NCBI GenBank assembly: GCA_038850735.1
Contig: JAWCLO010000007.1
Span: 31,447-95,446 of the forward strand
DNA length: 64,000 nucleotides
DNA from: Methanomassiliicoccales archaeon
Lineage (GTDB): Archaea; Thermoplasmatota; Thermoplasmata; Methanomassiliicoccales; JACIVX01
Reading direction: 5' to 3'
Below are positions 55,824 through 63,973 of this stretch, piece after piece. The notes under the pieces were generated by a model that was not told where the DNA came from, did not search any database, and saw only the letters and a list, made by a program, of their open reading frames with translations. Within the stretch, counting starts at the first letter, position 1. Each line of letters begins with the position of its first letter. The position numbers were made by a program, and so were the translations under genes.

Positions 55824-55921
55824 GCAGGTGTGATCTAGTCTGGTTAGGATTTTGGCCTTCCATAGCCAGAATTTCTGGCTGTAGAAAGCCAACGGCCCGG
55901 GTTCAAATCCCGGCACCTGCA
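55824..55921 (+). tRNA. tRNA-Gly(UCC) with a 24-nt intron at the canonical 37/38 position
   Basis: Acceptor GCAGGTG/CACCTGC plus discriminator A. D arm ATCT-AGTCTGGTTA-GGAT. Anticodon stem TTGGC/GCCAA with loop CT-TCC-A[intron 55863-55886]A. T arm CCGGG-TTCAAAT-CCCGG. The intron contains its own 6-bp hairpin (AGCCAG/CTGGCT). Confidence 0.85.
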
Positions 55922-56050
55922 CTCATAAAGTCTTGAATCTCAAGAAATCGGGGAATTTTCTGATAGGCTTTCCAAGAAGAATGGCAGTGTGATTTTACAA
56001 TTAACAGCTAATATTATTCTATCCGTAAAGAATTCATTGATAAATATGAG

Positions 56051-56082
56051 CAGTGGGGGAAGGAGGCCTTTCTCCCCCACTG
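56051..56082. other. G/C-rich 10-bp hairpin CAGTGGGGGA-(12 nt)-TCCCCCACTG in an ORF-poor spacer
   Basis: Exact inverted repeat at 56051-60 / 56073-82. It lies 130 nt downstream of the tRNA, with no credible ORF around it. Confidence 0.3.
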
Positions 56083-56343
56083 AGGGATGGTTCGATTTCA
56101 TCGTGATCAAGAACAAAAGATTGCGAGACTTTCAACATCTCTCACAGACTTCTCTGCCAGCTAAGGTTCTTCACTTCCGTGTCCATCACAAGCCTACCGA
56201 AGTCTCCGATAAATTGTAAGGGGATGGGGTTTTAAGTACGCATCGGAGAGGGTTATCCGAAAGTGCTTCGGAGAAAATAATCTGTGACCATCTCTAGAAG
56301 GTTAATGAATCTTGTTATAAAAGATGTCTTCACTATGCTGATA

Positions 56344-58113
56344 TCAATCATCGCGTTCTTGCGCTATGTGCCTAACCCTTACGGCTTCCCCTCGCTTGCT
56401 GCGGATCATTTCTTCGCCGCTCATTGATGCGGTTCCTACTGCGATAACGTCCTCCCCTCTCACGACAATTGCTTCGTCCCCAATTCGAAGAGTTTTGTCT
56501 GCGTCTCGAACCCCTGCTGCAAAAAGATTTCCTCGCAATTGAAATTCCTCAATTTCTACCCAATTGGTTCGCAAAGCCATGATTTTTCTCGCACCGTGCA
56601 ATGTCAAAGAATACATTCCGCGTTCAGGGGTAAGCATTGCAACCTGCTCATCCCCCTCGAGAATTTTCAAATAAGGATATTTTCCAAAAACCCTGCATCC
56701 CTGAAGAAGAATCTCAGCTCCCTTTCCGAATTGAAATCTCGCTATTGATTCCATCTCTGCCATCTCGTCTTCCTCCTTGGTGATATGCGATACTGATGAG
56801 CATAGATTCTGCAGTTCCTTTCTCAGATTGCTAAGTGACTCATGGGAAAGCGGTTCTCCATTTGAAGTTGAAATACAATCGACGTGTTTTGTGATGAAAT
56901 CCATATTGCGATCAAGATGGCAGATAATCACCTCATACTTACCTAATGACAACGAATCAAGCAATTCGATGACAATCGATCTTTCATCCAGATCCCATCT
57001 TCCTGTTACAGGCACGTCGTAGTGTGCAGCTGGATAGAACAACTCTAGTTCTCTTGGCACAAGACCGAGTGGCGACGTCACAATTACCTGATGAATTGCC
57101 CTCCAATTCTCAACGCTTGTTATTACGCTCTCAAGAATTCTATGAGTCTTAGAGCGGGAATATGGTTTCCTTGCTGAACAAGGAAGCAAGAGTAAAAATT
57201 TCTTGGTTGATGGTTTTTCATATCGTTGAGTGAGCCGCCGTCGATACCTTACTACATCAGGTCTGAAAAGCGATTCCTTAGTGATGCATGAAAGTTTAGA
57301 GCCTGAAATTGGCATGTATTTTTCTTGGTACTCATAGTATTCATGATCAAGAATTCTCAGTGCAGACATTGTAGATGCATTGGCAGCCGCTCGAAATTCA
57401 ACGAATTCTCTCATTCTTCCCTCCATGATCATAAGCTTGACGAGTTGCAACTCTCTCCAAATGGACTTTAAGTTGAATTCCAGGATTGATTTGAAATTCC
57501 TCTCGCCAATGAATGACTTAGCTTTCGATGCATGTATATTACCTTCAGGAAGGCATATCATTTCCATCCGACTCATGTAAGTTACAAAAGAAGTGTCAAA
57601 CAGGTCGGCACCAAGATAAACCAATAGCGCCAAATTGCTTGGTTCCATAATGGCTGGCAAATATATCAACTTGTTTGGACCGGCCATTTCCTTCAAGAGA
57701 GAAAGAGACCTAATGAGTTGCCTTGGATTTCTCCTGATTTCGAATGCACCGTCCAAAATGACGATCTCTTGATCACATTCTTCGATTTTCCCGCAAAGAT
57801 TTCTGAAGCTCTCTGGAGGGGCACGTATGGATACGGCGTCTTCATTCATTTCCATGAAAAAATTGAATTGATTCATTAACCACGAAAGAGGAGGCTGGAT
57901 TTTTCCTAGCGGAGGCAGTTCAAGAATAGTCCCCGATTTATTATCAATGATCTTGCGTCTCCCTTCTTCCAATTTTATGATAAGATGAAAATATTCAGGG
58001 ACAGCAACTTCCTTCGACTCATAAAATAAAACCTCCGGTAACTCGCAAGAAAGATTATCACTTGACCAATTGACGATCCTTGCTGGTCCACTCCTCTCGA
58101 TAGTTTCAATCAT
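56344..58113 (-). CDS. arcS: archaeosine synthase ArcS (TGT-like fold + DUF5591 + PUA)
   Basis: 'LLLPCSARKPYSRSKTH' Cys-motif region. C-terminal PUA-like domain ('LRIGDEAIVVRGEDVIAVGTA'). The size of 589 aa fits ArcS. Confidence 0.75.
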   Translation of the reverse strand: MIETIERSGPARIVNWSSDNLSCELPEVLFYESKEVAVPEYFHLIIKLEEGRRKIIDNKSGTILELPPLGKIQPPLSWLMNQFNFFMEMNEDAVSIRAPPESFRNLCGKIEECDQEIVILDGAFEIRRNPRQLIRSLSLLKEMAGPNKLIYLPAIMEPSNLALLVYLGADLFDTSFVTYMSRMEMICLPEGNIHASKAKSFIGERNFKSILEFNLKSIWRELQLVKLMIMEGRMREFVEFRAAANASTMSALRILDHEYYEYQEKYMPISGSKLSCITKESLFRPDVVRYRRRLTQRYEKPSTKKFLLLLPCSARKPYSRSKTHRILESVITSVENWRAIHQVIVTSPLGLVPRELELFYPAAHYDVPVTGRWDLDERSIVIELLDSLSLGKYEVIICHLDRNMDFITKHVDCISTSNGEPLSHESLSNLRKELQNLCSSVSHITKEEDEMAEMESIARFQFGKGAEILLQGCRVFGKYPYLKILEGDEQVAMLTPERGMYSLTLHGARKIMALRTNWVEIEEFQLRGNLFAAGVRDADKTLRIGDEAIVVRGEDVIAVGTASMSGEEMIRSKRGEAVRVRHIAQERDD

Positions 58114-58232
58114 AGTGACGGGATGGTCATGATGACAATTTAAGGAATCTGTTCCGGTTAAGAATTATTATCAGACTATATTTTATAAAAAATTAGAAAA
58201 TCACGAAGAGGCATTAATACGCATGCGAAAAT

Positions 58233-58601
58233 CTAGAATGTCGTAACAAGCTGGTGCTCCGATAGGATCGAGCGCGCCTCCTCCCAATTAACCATTTTGA
58301 CTCCCTCAATCGTTGCCACTTCGCCTACGCGTTCAGCGAGATCCTCATGCACGCAATACACAGGCGCATCAAAATCCAATATATCTTGTATAGCCTCGAC
58401 GTTAGATGGCATTTCGATTGCTTCAGCTTTTTGTGACGCAACCGCATTCAGAGTTCCATCTCCGATCAGCAGCACGGTAGTCTTGCCAACCGTACCGCTC
58501 GCGAGCATGGCAAGCGCGAGACGTAGACCTGCAAATGCGTCTTCAGTCCCATAAGGTGGCTTAGTAACCAACACAAGAATGCTATCCGCCATCGTTATCA
58601 C
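58233..58601 (-). CDS. DsrF/TusC-like sulfur-relay protein
   Basis: 'VLVTKPPYGTEDAFAGLRLALA', 'VLLIGDGT', 'VYCVHEDLAERV' and a C-terminal '...LVTTF'. 4-nt overlap with the upstream dsrE-like gene. Confidence 0.7.
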   Translation of the reverse strand: MITMADSILVLVTKPPYGTEDAFAGLRLALAMLASGTVGKTTVLLIGDGTLNAVASQKAEAIEMPSNVEAIQDILDFDAPVYCVHEDLAERVGEVATIEGVKMVNWEEARSILSEHQLVTTF

Positions 58602-58972
58602 CTGGCCAGTGTGATCATTCTGTCACTTTCAGCAACGAATTTGGAGAGATCATTTGTCAGACTTCCTATCTTCGAGCCCACGATTTCCTCGCCTCGTTTG
58701 ACACCGCGAGCAGCCGAGCACGTTTCGCAAACGGCAATAGTCACACCCTTCTTTGCCAGATCTTTGAGAATATTTCCGATATTAGGGAATCTTTTAGGAT
58801 CCTGACCTTCCTTGATAGTCATTATACCTTCGCCGTATCCGAAAATATTTACACGATAACCTTTTTCAACCGCCACTCTAGCGATCTTGACCATGACATT
58901 TGCATCCATGTTCATCATTGTTCCAGATCTTATTTGAATTGTTAATACCTTGGACATCTGATGATCCCCCAT
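58598..58972 (-). CDS. DsrE/TusD-like sulfur-relay protein
   Basis: 'VNIFGYGEGI' and the active-site-type 'IAVCETCSAARGV'. The start could also be ATG 58957. Confidence 0.7.
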   Translation of the reverse strand: MGDHQMSKVLTIQIRSGTMMNMDANVMVKIARVAVEKGYRVNIFGYGEGIMTIKEGQDPKRFPNIGNILKDLAKKGVTIAVCETCSAARGVKRGEEIVGSKIGSLTNDLSKFVAESDRMITLAR

Positions 58973-59275
58973 CTACACTGTGATTGTCTGGTCGTACTCC
59001 TCCATTATGAGGTCTACTGCTCTCGGATAGTCAATTATTTCGTATGCTTGATCAGATCCCAAATCAATTCCTCTAGCAAGGAGATCATCCCGCATAACGA
59101 AGACCTTATCGACAATTTCTCGGAGCTCTTCTCTGCGTCGTTTATCAATTGCAAAATACACGGAATCTTCGAAAAGAATCGCGGCTTTCTTTGAATTACT
59201 GGCTATTTTCTTCATATGATCCAGCGAGTGATATTCGCCTGGTGATTTCAGCATAATAAACAAAATGGAGCGCAT
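58973..59275 (-). CDS. DsrH/TusB-like sulfur-relay protein
   Basis: 'AAILFEDSVYFA', 'VMRDDLLARGI' and 'IIDYPRAVDLI'. Its stop abuts the dsrE-like start. Confidence 0.7.
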   Translation of the reverse strand: MRSILFIMLKSPGEYHSLDHMKKIASNSKKAAILFEDSVYFAIDKRRREELREIVDKVFVMRDDLLARGIDLGSDQAYEIIDYPRAVDLIMEEYDQTITV

Positions 59276-59282
59276 TGCATCA

Positions 59283-59723
59283 CTATCCTATGAAAAGCTG
59301 TATGTCCGAGTCAGCAGCGATGTTCAAGAATGCCGCAGCTCCGAGGATCTTAACTCCGCCTATGAGGTCTTCCTGTTTTACTTGCATGAGTTCCATTGTT
59401 GTGCTACAAGCGTATATATTTGCACCTAGCTCAATCGCCATTTTAAGTTGATCTGAAAATCCCTGTAAACCCACTTTTGCCATGCGCTTCTTGAAGACGC
59501 CAGTAAAGAGTCTGAAGATACCAGGGAGCTTCGGATCTGCATTCTTCTTCAGCAAATTCAAACCAAAGAACGTATAAAAAACATGAACTTCCATGCCCAT
59601 ACTTGCCGCCGTACTTGCCAAAATCACAGACATCATTGCTTTGTCAAATGTATTTTCAGAGACAACCATCGTTAATTTCTTTGTATCTGCCAAATTAATC
59701 ACCTCCACTACAAATTTTTCCAC
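59283..59723 (-). CDS. DsrE/DsrF-like family protein, DsrE3-type (146 aa)
   Basis: 'MVVSENTFDKAMMSVILASTAASMG', 'VFYTFFGLNLL' and a conserved Cys in 'IYACSTTMEL'. Confidence 0.65.
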   Translation of the reverse strand: MEKFVVEVINLADTKKLTMVVSENTFDKAMMSVILASTAASMGMEVHVFYTFFGLNLLKKNADPKLPGIFRLFTGVFKKRMAKVGLQGFSDQLKMAIELGANIYACSTTMELMQVKQEDLIGGVKILGAAAFLNIAADSDIQLFIG

Positions 59724-59728
59724 TCAAA

Positions 59729-60097
59729 TCAATACACCAATACTGCCTTAGCTTCGCTGATTTCCTTAACTAAAGTCGGTGCATTTACGACGACAGCTCC
59801 TTCAATTAAATCCTCTGGTGCTATTCCACGTTTTTTCATGCACGGAGAACATACTAAGAGTCTGCCACCGCTGCTTAAGTAGGAATCGATCAGTTCATCG
59901 ATTGGCGGAAAGCTAGACTCGCAGACCATCTTTGCGTATCCCTTCTTTGCAAGATAAACTCCCATTGACTGCAATGCAACAACTGGCTGCATTTCCGAGG
60001 CAACGGCCGTGACGGCAACAACGAAGGCAAGTGTCGCCTTCTCAGGGTTGTCCTCGGCGTGTGTCGCAATAATCAACAATTTTTCCAACCAAATCAC
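59729..60097 (-). CDS. DsrE-family protein, DsrE2-like (122 aa)
   Basis: 'LLIIATHAEDNPEKATLAF' and 'LLVCSPCMKKRGI'. Confidence 0.6.
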   Translation of the reverse strand: MIWLEKLLIIATHAEDNPEKATLAFVVAVTAVASEMQPVVALQSMGVYLAKKGYAKMVCESSFPPIDELIDSYLSSGGRLLVCSPCMKKRGIAPEDLIEGAVVVNAPTLVKEISEAKAVLVY

Positions 60098-60098
60098 C

Positions 60099-60323
60099 TC
60101 ATTTCTTCTTGATTAAATATTTGTAAACTCCATTCTCCTCTTTCATATCGATAAGCTCGTTACCAGTTCTCTTACACCAAGCAGGCACATCTTCCTTTGA
60201 CCCGACGTCATCGGCAACCAATTCAATGATTGTTCCAGACTCTACTTCTTTTATTTTCTTCGCCAGCTTAACAATCGGCATCGGGCACATGAGTCCCCTA
60301 CAGTCTAATACCTCGGTTTTCAT
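60099..60323 (-). CDS. tusA: TusA/SirA-like sulfur carrier
   Basis: 'LDCRGLMCPMPIVK' (CPxP motif). ATG 60323 lies 7 nt after GGAGG. The ORF-track start 60386 adds 21 unsupported aa. Confidence 0.8.
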   Translation of the reverse strand: MKTEVLDCRGLMCPMPIVKLAKKIKEVESGTIIELVADDVGSKEDVPAWCKRTGNELIDMKEENGVYKYLIKKK

Positions 60324-60417
60324 ATGTGGTCCTCCATAATAGATCACCGGTTTTGCACGGTTGTGCAACAAGTATATATAACCCATTGCTTATAAACTTT
60401 TCCAACAAAGGTCGAGA

Positions 60418-60774
60418 ATGGATATGATCCCAGAAAAAATTCTGACAAAAGCATCAAGTTGCCAGGATGTCATTAAGTGTGCCTTCAACCTCAACGACTT
60501 TGAATTATTAGTTTATAAGAAATTATCAGAACAAGGTGCCTCGAATGCCAACAGCTTAGCGGCCGCCCTTGGAAAGGAAAGAAGCACGGTTTATAGAGCT
60601 TTGCAAAAACTCGTCGCATGTGGAATGTGCTATAGAGAGACCAAGGCGATTGAAAGAGGTGGGTATTATCATCTGTACACAGCAATCGACCGTAAGGAAT
60701 TAAAAAGGAAACTGGAAGAGTGTGTCAATAGTTGGTACTCTCAGATACTAGACGCGATTTCAAAATTTGATTGA
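60418..60774 (+). CDS. small winged-HTH transcription regulator (TrmB/MarR-like)
   Basis: 'FELLVYKKLSEQGASNANSLAAALGKERSTVYRALQKLVACGM'. It is divergent from the tusA operon across a 94-nt spacer. Confidence 0.6.
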   Translation: MDMIPEKILTKASSCQDVIKCAFNLNDFELLVYKKLSEQGASNANSLAAALGKERSTVYRALQKLVACGMCYRETKAIERGGYYHLYTAIDRKELKRKLEECVNSWYSQILDAISKFD

Positions 60775-60874
60775 GAACGCTGGAATTCTCTGCGATTCCC
60801 TTACGCAATCTCCACCAAATCGGAGCTATGGCGAAGCTGTAATATAGGAATCCTGATTATTCTGAAATGAGAAT

Positions 60875-61819
60875 ATGAGTTCCTTTAGGAATTCTGACAT
60901 TGTTTCGATAAGGGATCTGTCAAAAGAAGGCATTGAAGAGATTATGAACCTTGCAGAAAAATTAATTCCATATGCAAAAGGTGAGAAGAGAACAAGAGCT
61001 CTGGAAGGACGCATTCTTGCCAATTTGTTCTTTGAGCCTTCCACGCGAACGAGACTCTCATTTGAGAGCGCCATGGTAAGGTTGGGAGGAAGTGTACTCG
61101 ATGTCTCATTTCCGATGATGACCTCTGTGGCGAAGGGAGAGACCCTTGCTGATACAATCCGCATGGTAGAGTCCTATGCGGATATCATTGTATTACGGCA
61201 TCCGCATGAGGGTGCCGCGAGATTGGCAGCGCACTTTTCATCGAAACCTGTTATCAACGGCGGAGACGGAGCTGGGCAACATCCCACACAGACCATTCTT
61301 GACCTTTTCACGATCAGGAGAGAAAAGGGTAGAATCGAGGGCATGAATGTTGTACTTGTGGGCGATCTGAAATATGGAAGGACTGCTCATTCTCTTGCAG
61401 AGGCACTTGCACTTTTTGGCGCAAACCTCTACTTTGTAGCCCCTCACAATCTTCAGATGCCAAAGGAGACGCTCAAAGAAGTAGAGCGCCTTGGCCAGAG
61501 GCCAAAGGTCACGTCAAAACTAGAGGAGGTTATCCCTGTAGCAGATGTCCTCTACGTTACAAGAATTCAGCGCGAACGTTTTCCAGATCCTAGCGAGTAT
61601 CTCAAAGTTGCTGGTTCTTACAGAATTGATAAATCGGTTTTAAGAGAAGCAAAAAAGGATCTTATCATCATGCATCCTTTGCCGCGCGTTGATGAGATAG
61701 CTCCTGAGGTCGACAACACTGCCCATGCAAGATATTTCCATCAAGCATTCAATGGCGTCCCCATAAGGATGGCAATTCTTATTCTGCTACTGGGAGGTAA
61801 TTTAGATGAAGGACTTTAG
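60875..61819 (+). CDS. pyrB: aspartate carbamoyltransferase catalytic subunit
   Basis: 'FFEPSTRTRLSFE', 'HPTQ', 'VGDLKYGRT' and 'IMHPLPR'. Confidence 0.93.
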   Translation: MSSFRNSDIVSIRDLSKEGIEEIMNLAEKLIPYAKGEKRTRALEGRILANLFFEPSTRTRLSFESAMVRLGGSVLDVSFPMMTSVAKGETLADTIRMVESYADIIVLRHPHEGAARLAAHFSSKPVINGGDGAGQHPTQTILDLFTIRREKGRIEGMNVVLVGDLKYGRTAHSLAEALALFGANLYFVAPHNLQMPKETLKEVERLGQRPKVTSKLEEVIPVADVLYVTRIQRERFPDPSEYLKVAGSYRIDKSVLREAKKDLIIMHPLPRVDEIAPEVDNTAHARYFHQAFNGVPIRMAILILLLGGNLDEGL

Positions 61820-62264
61820 GGTGACTCCAATAAGAAATGGAACTGTAATCGATCATATAGAATGTGGAATGGCGCTGAAGGTACTGAGGATCATCGGTGT
61901 TGACGGTGAGAAAATACATTCGACTGTGAGTGTGCTCATGCACGTGCCCTCAAAAAAGGCAGGCTGGAAAGACGTTGTGAAGGTTGAGGACAGAGAGCTC
62001 GATCCAAGTGAAGTAGACAAGATTGCACTTATTTCTCCGAGGGCCACGATCAACATAATAAGGGATTTCAATGTAGCAGAGAAATACAAGGTTAAACTCC
62101 CAGATGTTGTAAGGGGGATCGTGAGATGTGGTAATCCCAATTGTATAACAAATCTCTCTGAACCTGTTGAGCCAGAATTCGCTGTGGAATGTAAAGATCC
62201 ACCGATACTCCGCTGCATTTACTGTGATAGAATTCTCGAGAACATTTCGGATCACATTATTTGA
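61806..62264 (+). CDS. pyrI: aspartate carbamoyltransferase regulatory subunit
   Basis: 'PIRNGTVIDHI' and the Zn domain 'CGNPNCIT...CIYCD'. 14-nt overlap with pyrB. Confidence 0.9.
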   Translation: MKDFRVTPIRNGTVIDHIECGMALKVLRIIGVDGEKIHSTVSVLMHVPSKKAGWKDVVKVEDRELDPSEVDKIALISPRATINIIRDFNVAEKYKVKLPDVVRGIVRCGNPNCITNLSEPVEPEFAVECKDPPILRCIYCDRILENISDHII

Positions 62265-62265
62265 A

Positions 62266-62688
62266 CTATCTCAACCAGACGAAATTTTCCTTAATACGTA
62301 TCATGATCTTTTGCATATCATTAATTGCTTTCAGATCATCTACCTCACGATTAACAATAGCTACGAGGAGTAAAGCTGCATTGAGCTCTTTTATGAAGAT
62401 CTTTGTATTCTCAAAAACTACTTTGAGATAATCGAGTTTTTCTTTAGAGTTGACCGATCTCGCTGATTCAGCTGAGGAATACATAACCGCGGCCATAGCA
62501 GAGAAGGTTTCTGAATAACTTGAAGCGCGGCTCTTACCCGCTATCATCAAGCCGGTTTTGGATATGAGGAAAACATTCTCAATATAAGGCGATTCTGCGA
62601 TTTCCTCCCGCACAATATTATCAAATACCTCTTCCAATGATCCACCAGTAGTCAAGGAAACCACCTGGACGAACTTTTGATCGTTCAA
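62266..62688 (-). CDS. Roadblock/LC7 (MglB-like) domain protein
   Basis: 140 aa with 'ENVFLISKTGLMIAGKS...FSAMAAVMYSSAE...LLLVAIVN', typical of the Robl/LC7 alpha-beta-alpha fold. Confidence 0.6.
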   Translation of the reverse strand: MNDQKFVQVVSLTTGGSLEEVFDNIVREEIAESPYIENVFLISKTGLMIAGKSRASSYSETFSAMAAVMYSSAESARSVNSKEKLDYLKVVFENTKIFIKELNAALLLVAIVNREVDDLKAINDMQKIMIRIKENFVWLR

Positions 62689-63135
62689 TCATAGATTCCA
62701 GACTTCAAACAATATAAGAATGGCGGATTATTCATTTAATTATTTGTGATTACGATTCAAGCTCGGATGAAACACTACTTCGCTGTCAAATGGGATAGCG
62801 AGATATGTGTGTTCATTGATTCTCGCTGCAAATTTGGAAGTTATCGATTATTATATTATACTCGGTACTCGATGCAGCATCTGGAAGTAGAGAATTTTCC
62901 GTTTGAACTTTCGATATTGATTTAAAGTCAACATATAGCTATTCGTAATCTCAGTCCTGGATAGATTTTTCATAAACATGATCAATGGGATAAGTATCCA
63001 ATTAATCAGATATTGTTTATTCGACAGTCTTTCTCGACTGCATCTTGTTCTGATCTCCTGCTTTCCGTACTTAGTCTTTTCATGTTCCATCGCAACTAAC
63101 AAATATAAAAGGTAAAGTATGAAGGAAACCTAAAA

Positions 63136-63705
63136 GTGAGCGGTGAAAATGTGAAAATAATCATCGTAACAGGAATGCCAGGTGCGGGTAAAGAAGAATT
63201 CGTAAAAGTCTCAAGAGAGCTTGGGTATGATGTGGTGAGAATGGGGGATGTGGTTAGGATTGAGGCTGTAAAGAAACAAATACCTCTCGATGATCAGGGC
63301 ATTGGAGGGTTTGCCCATTCAGAAAGAGTGAGGTTGGGTTATGATATATGGGCAAAGCGCACAATTCCGCTGATAAAGAGCAAGAGGACCGTTATAGATG
63401 GATGCCGCGGCGAAAAGGAGCTGATGGTATTCAAAAATGCATTCGATGATGACGCTGTAGTGGTAGCTATACATTCTTCGGCAAAAACACGGTACGAGCG
63501 TTTGAGAAGACGGAACCGTTCAGATGCGCCAACAAACTTTGAAGAGTTCAAAGAGAGAGATTCAAGAGAATTGGGGTGGGGACTCGGGAACCTCATTGCT
63601 CTTGCCGATTACATGATCGTTAACGAGGGTTCCTTAGAAGAGTTTAAAGAGCAGGTTCGAAAGCTGTTAAAAGAGATCAATGGATATGAAAATCAAGGCT
63701 GTTAA
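63136..63705 (+). CDS. UPF0200-type P-loop nucleotide kinase (dephospho-CoA-kinase-like fold)
   Basis: 'IIIVTGMPGAGKEEF', 'VVRMGDVVR', 'VIDGCRG', 'RRRNRSDAP' and 'RDSRELGWGLGNLIALADYMIVNEGSLEEF'. GTG start. Confidence 0.7.
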   Translation: MSGENVKIIIVTGMPGAGKEEFVKVSRELGYDVVRMGDVVRIEAVKKQIPLDDQGIGGFAHSERVRLGYDIWAKRTIPLIKSKRTVIDGCRGEKELMVFKNAFDDDAVVVAIHSSAKTRYERLRRRNRSDAPTNFEEFKERDSRELGWGLGNLIALADYMIVNEGSLEEFKEQVRKLLKEINGYENQGC

Positions 63706-63973
63706 ATTATGCGCAGGCAACGCTTATTCGATAATACCCCAAGAGAAGTGCAGACTAGATCTCGGCAAAGTAGCCCATATTCTAGAAGAACATGGGATTG
63801 AAACCGAGAATCAAGGTGTTATGCTTATCGCACACATTTTGAAAACTGAGGTCACAATTTACACGAATGGTCGTTTGCTAGTTCATCCTTCATTTGACAA
63901 ACACATGGCCGAGAGCATCGCGAATATGGTTTTCTCATTGATTGATGGTAAAATTAGAGAAGAGAATGATTGA
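63680..63973 (+). CDS. hypothetical protein (97 aa)
   Basis: The ORF overlaps the kinase 3' end by 26 nt (ATG 63686 is the alternative start). I recognise no family. Confidence 0.35.
   Translation: MDMKIKAVKLCAGNAYSIIPQEKCRLDLGKVAHILEEHGIETENQGVMLIAHILKTEVTIYTNGRLLVHPSFDKHMAESIANMVFSLIDGKIREEND

Noticed and set aside
55922-56343. Integrated mobile element at the tRNA-Gly 3' end
   Set aside because: I could find no second copy of the tRNA 3' segment (…GGTTCAAATCCCGGCACCTGCA) in the window to serve as attR. There is no integrase gene, and the neighbouring genes are housekeeping.
58129-58135. C-box-like ATGATGA suggesting a C/D box sRNA upstream of arcS
   Set aside because: No CUGA D/D' boxes lie at the required 12-nt guide spacing, and there are no terminal pairing or C' box. 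The motif sits in the arcS promoter/5' region and is likely fortuitous.
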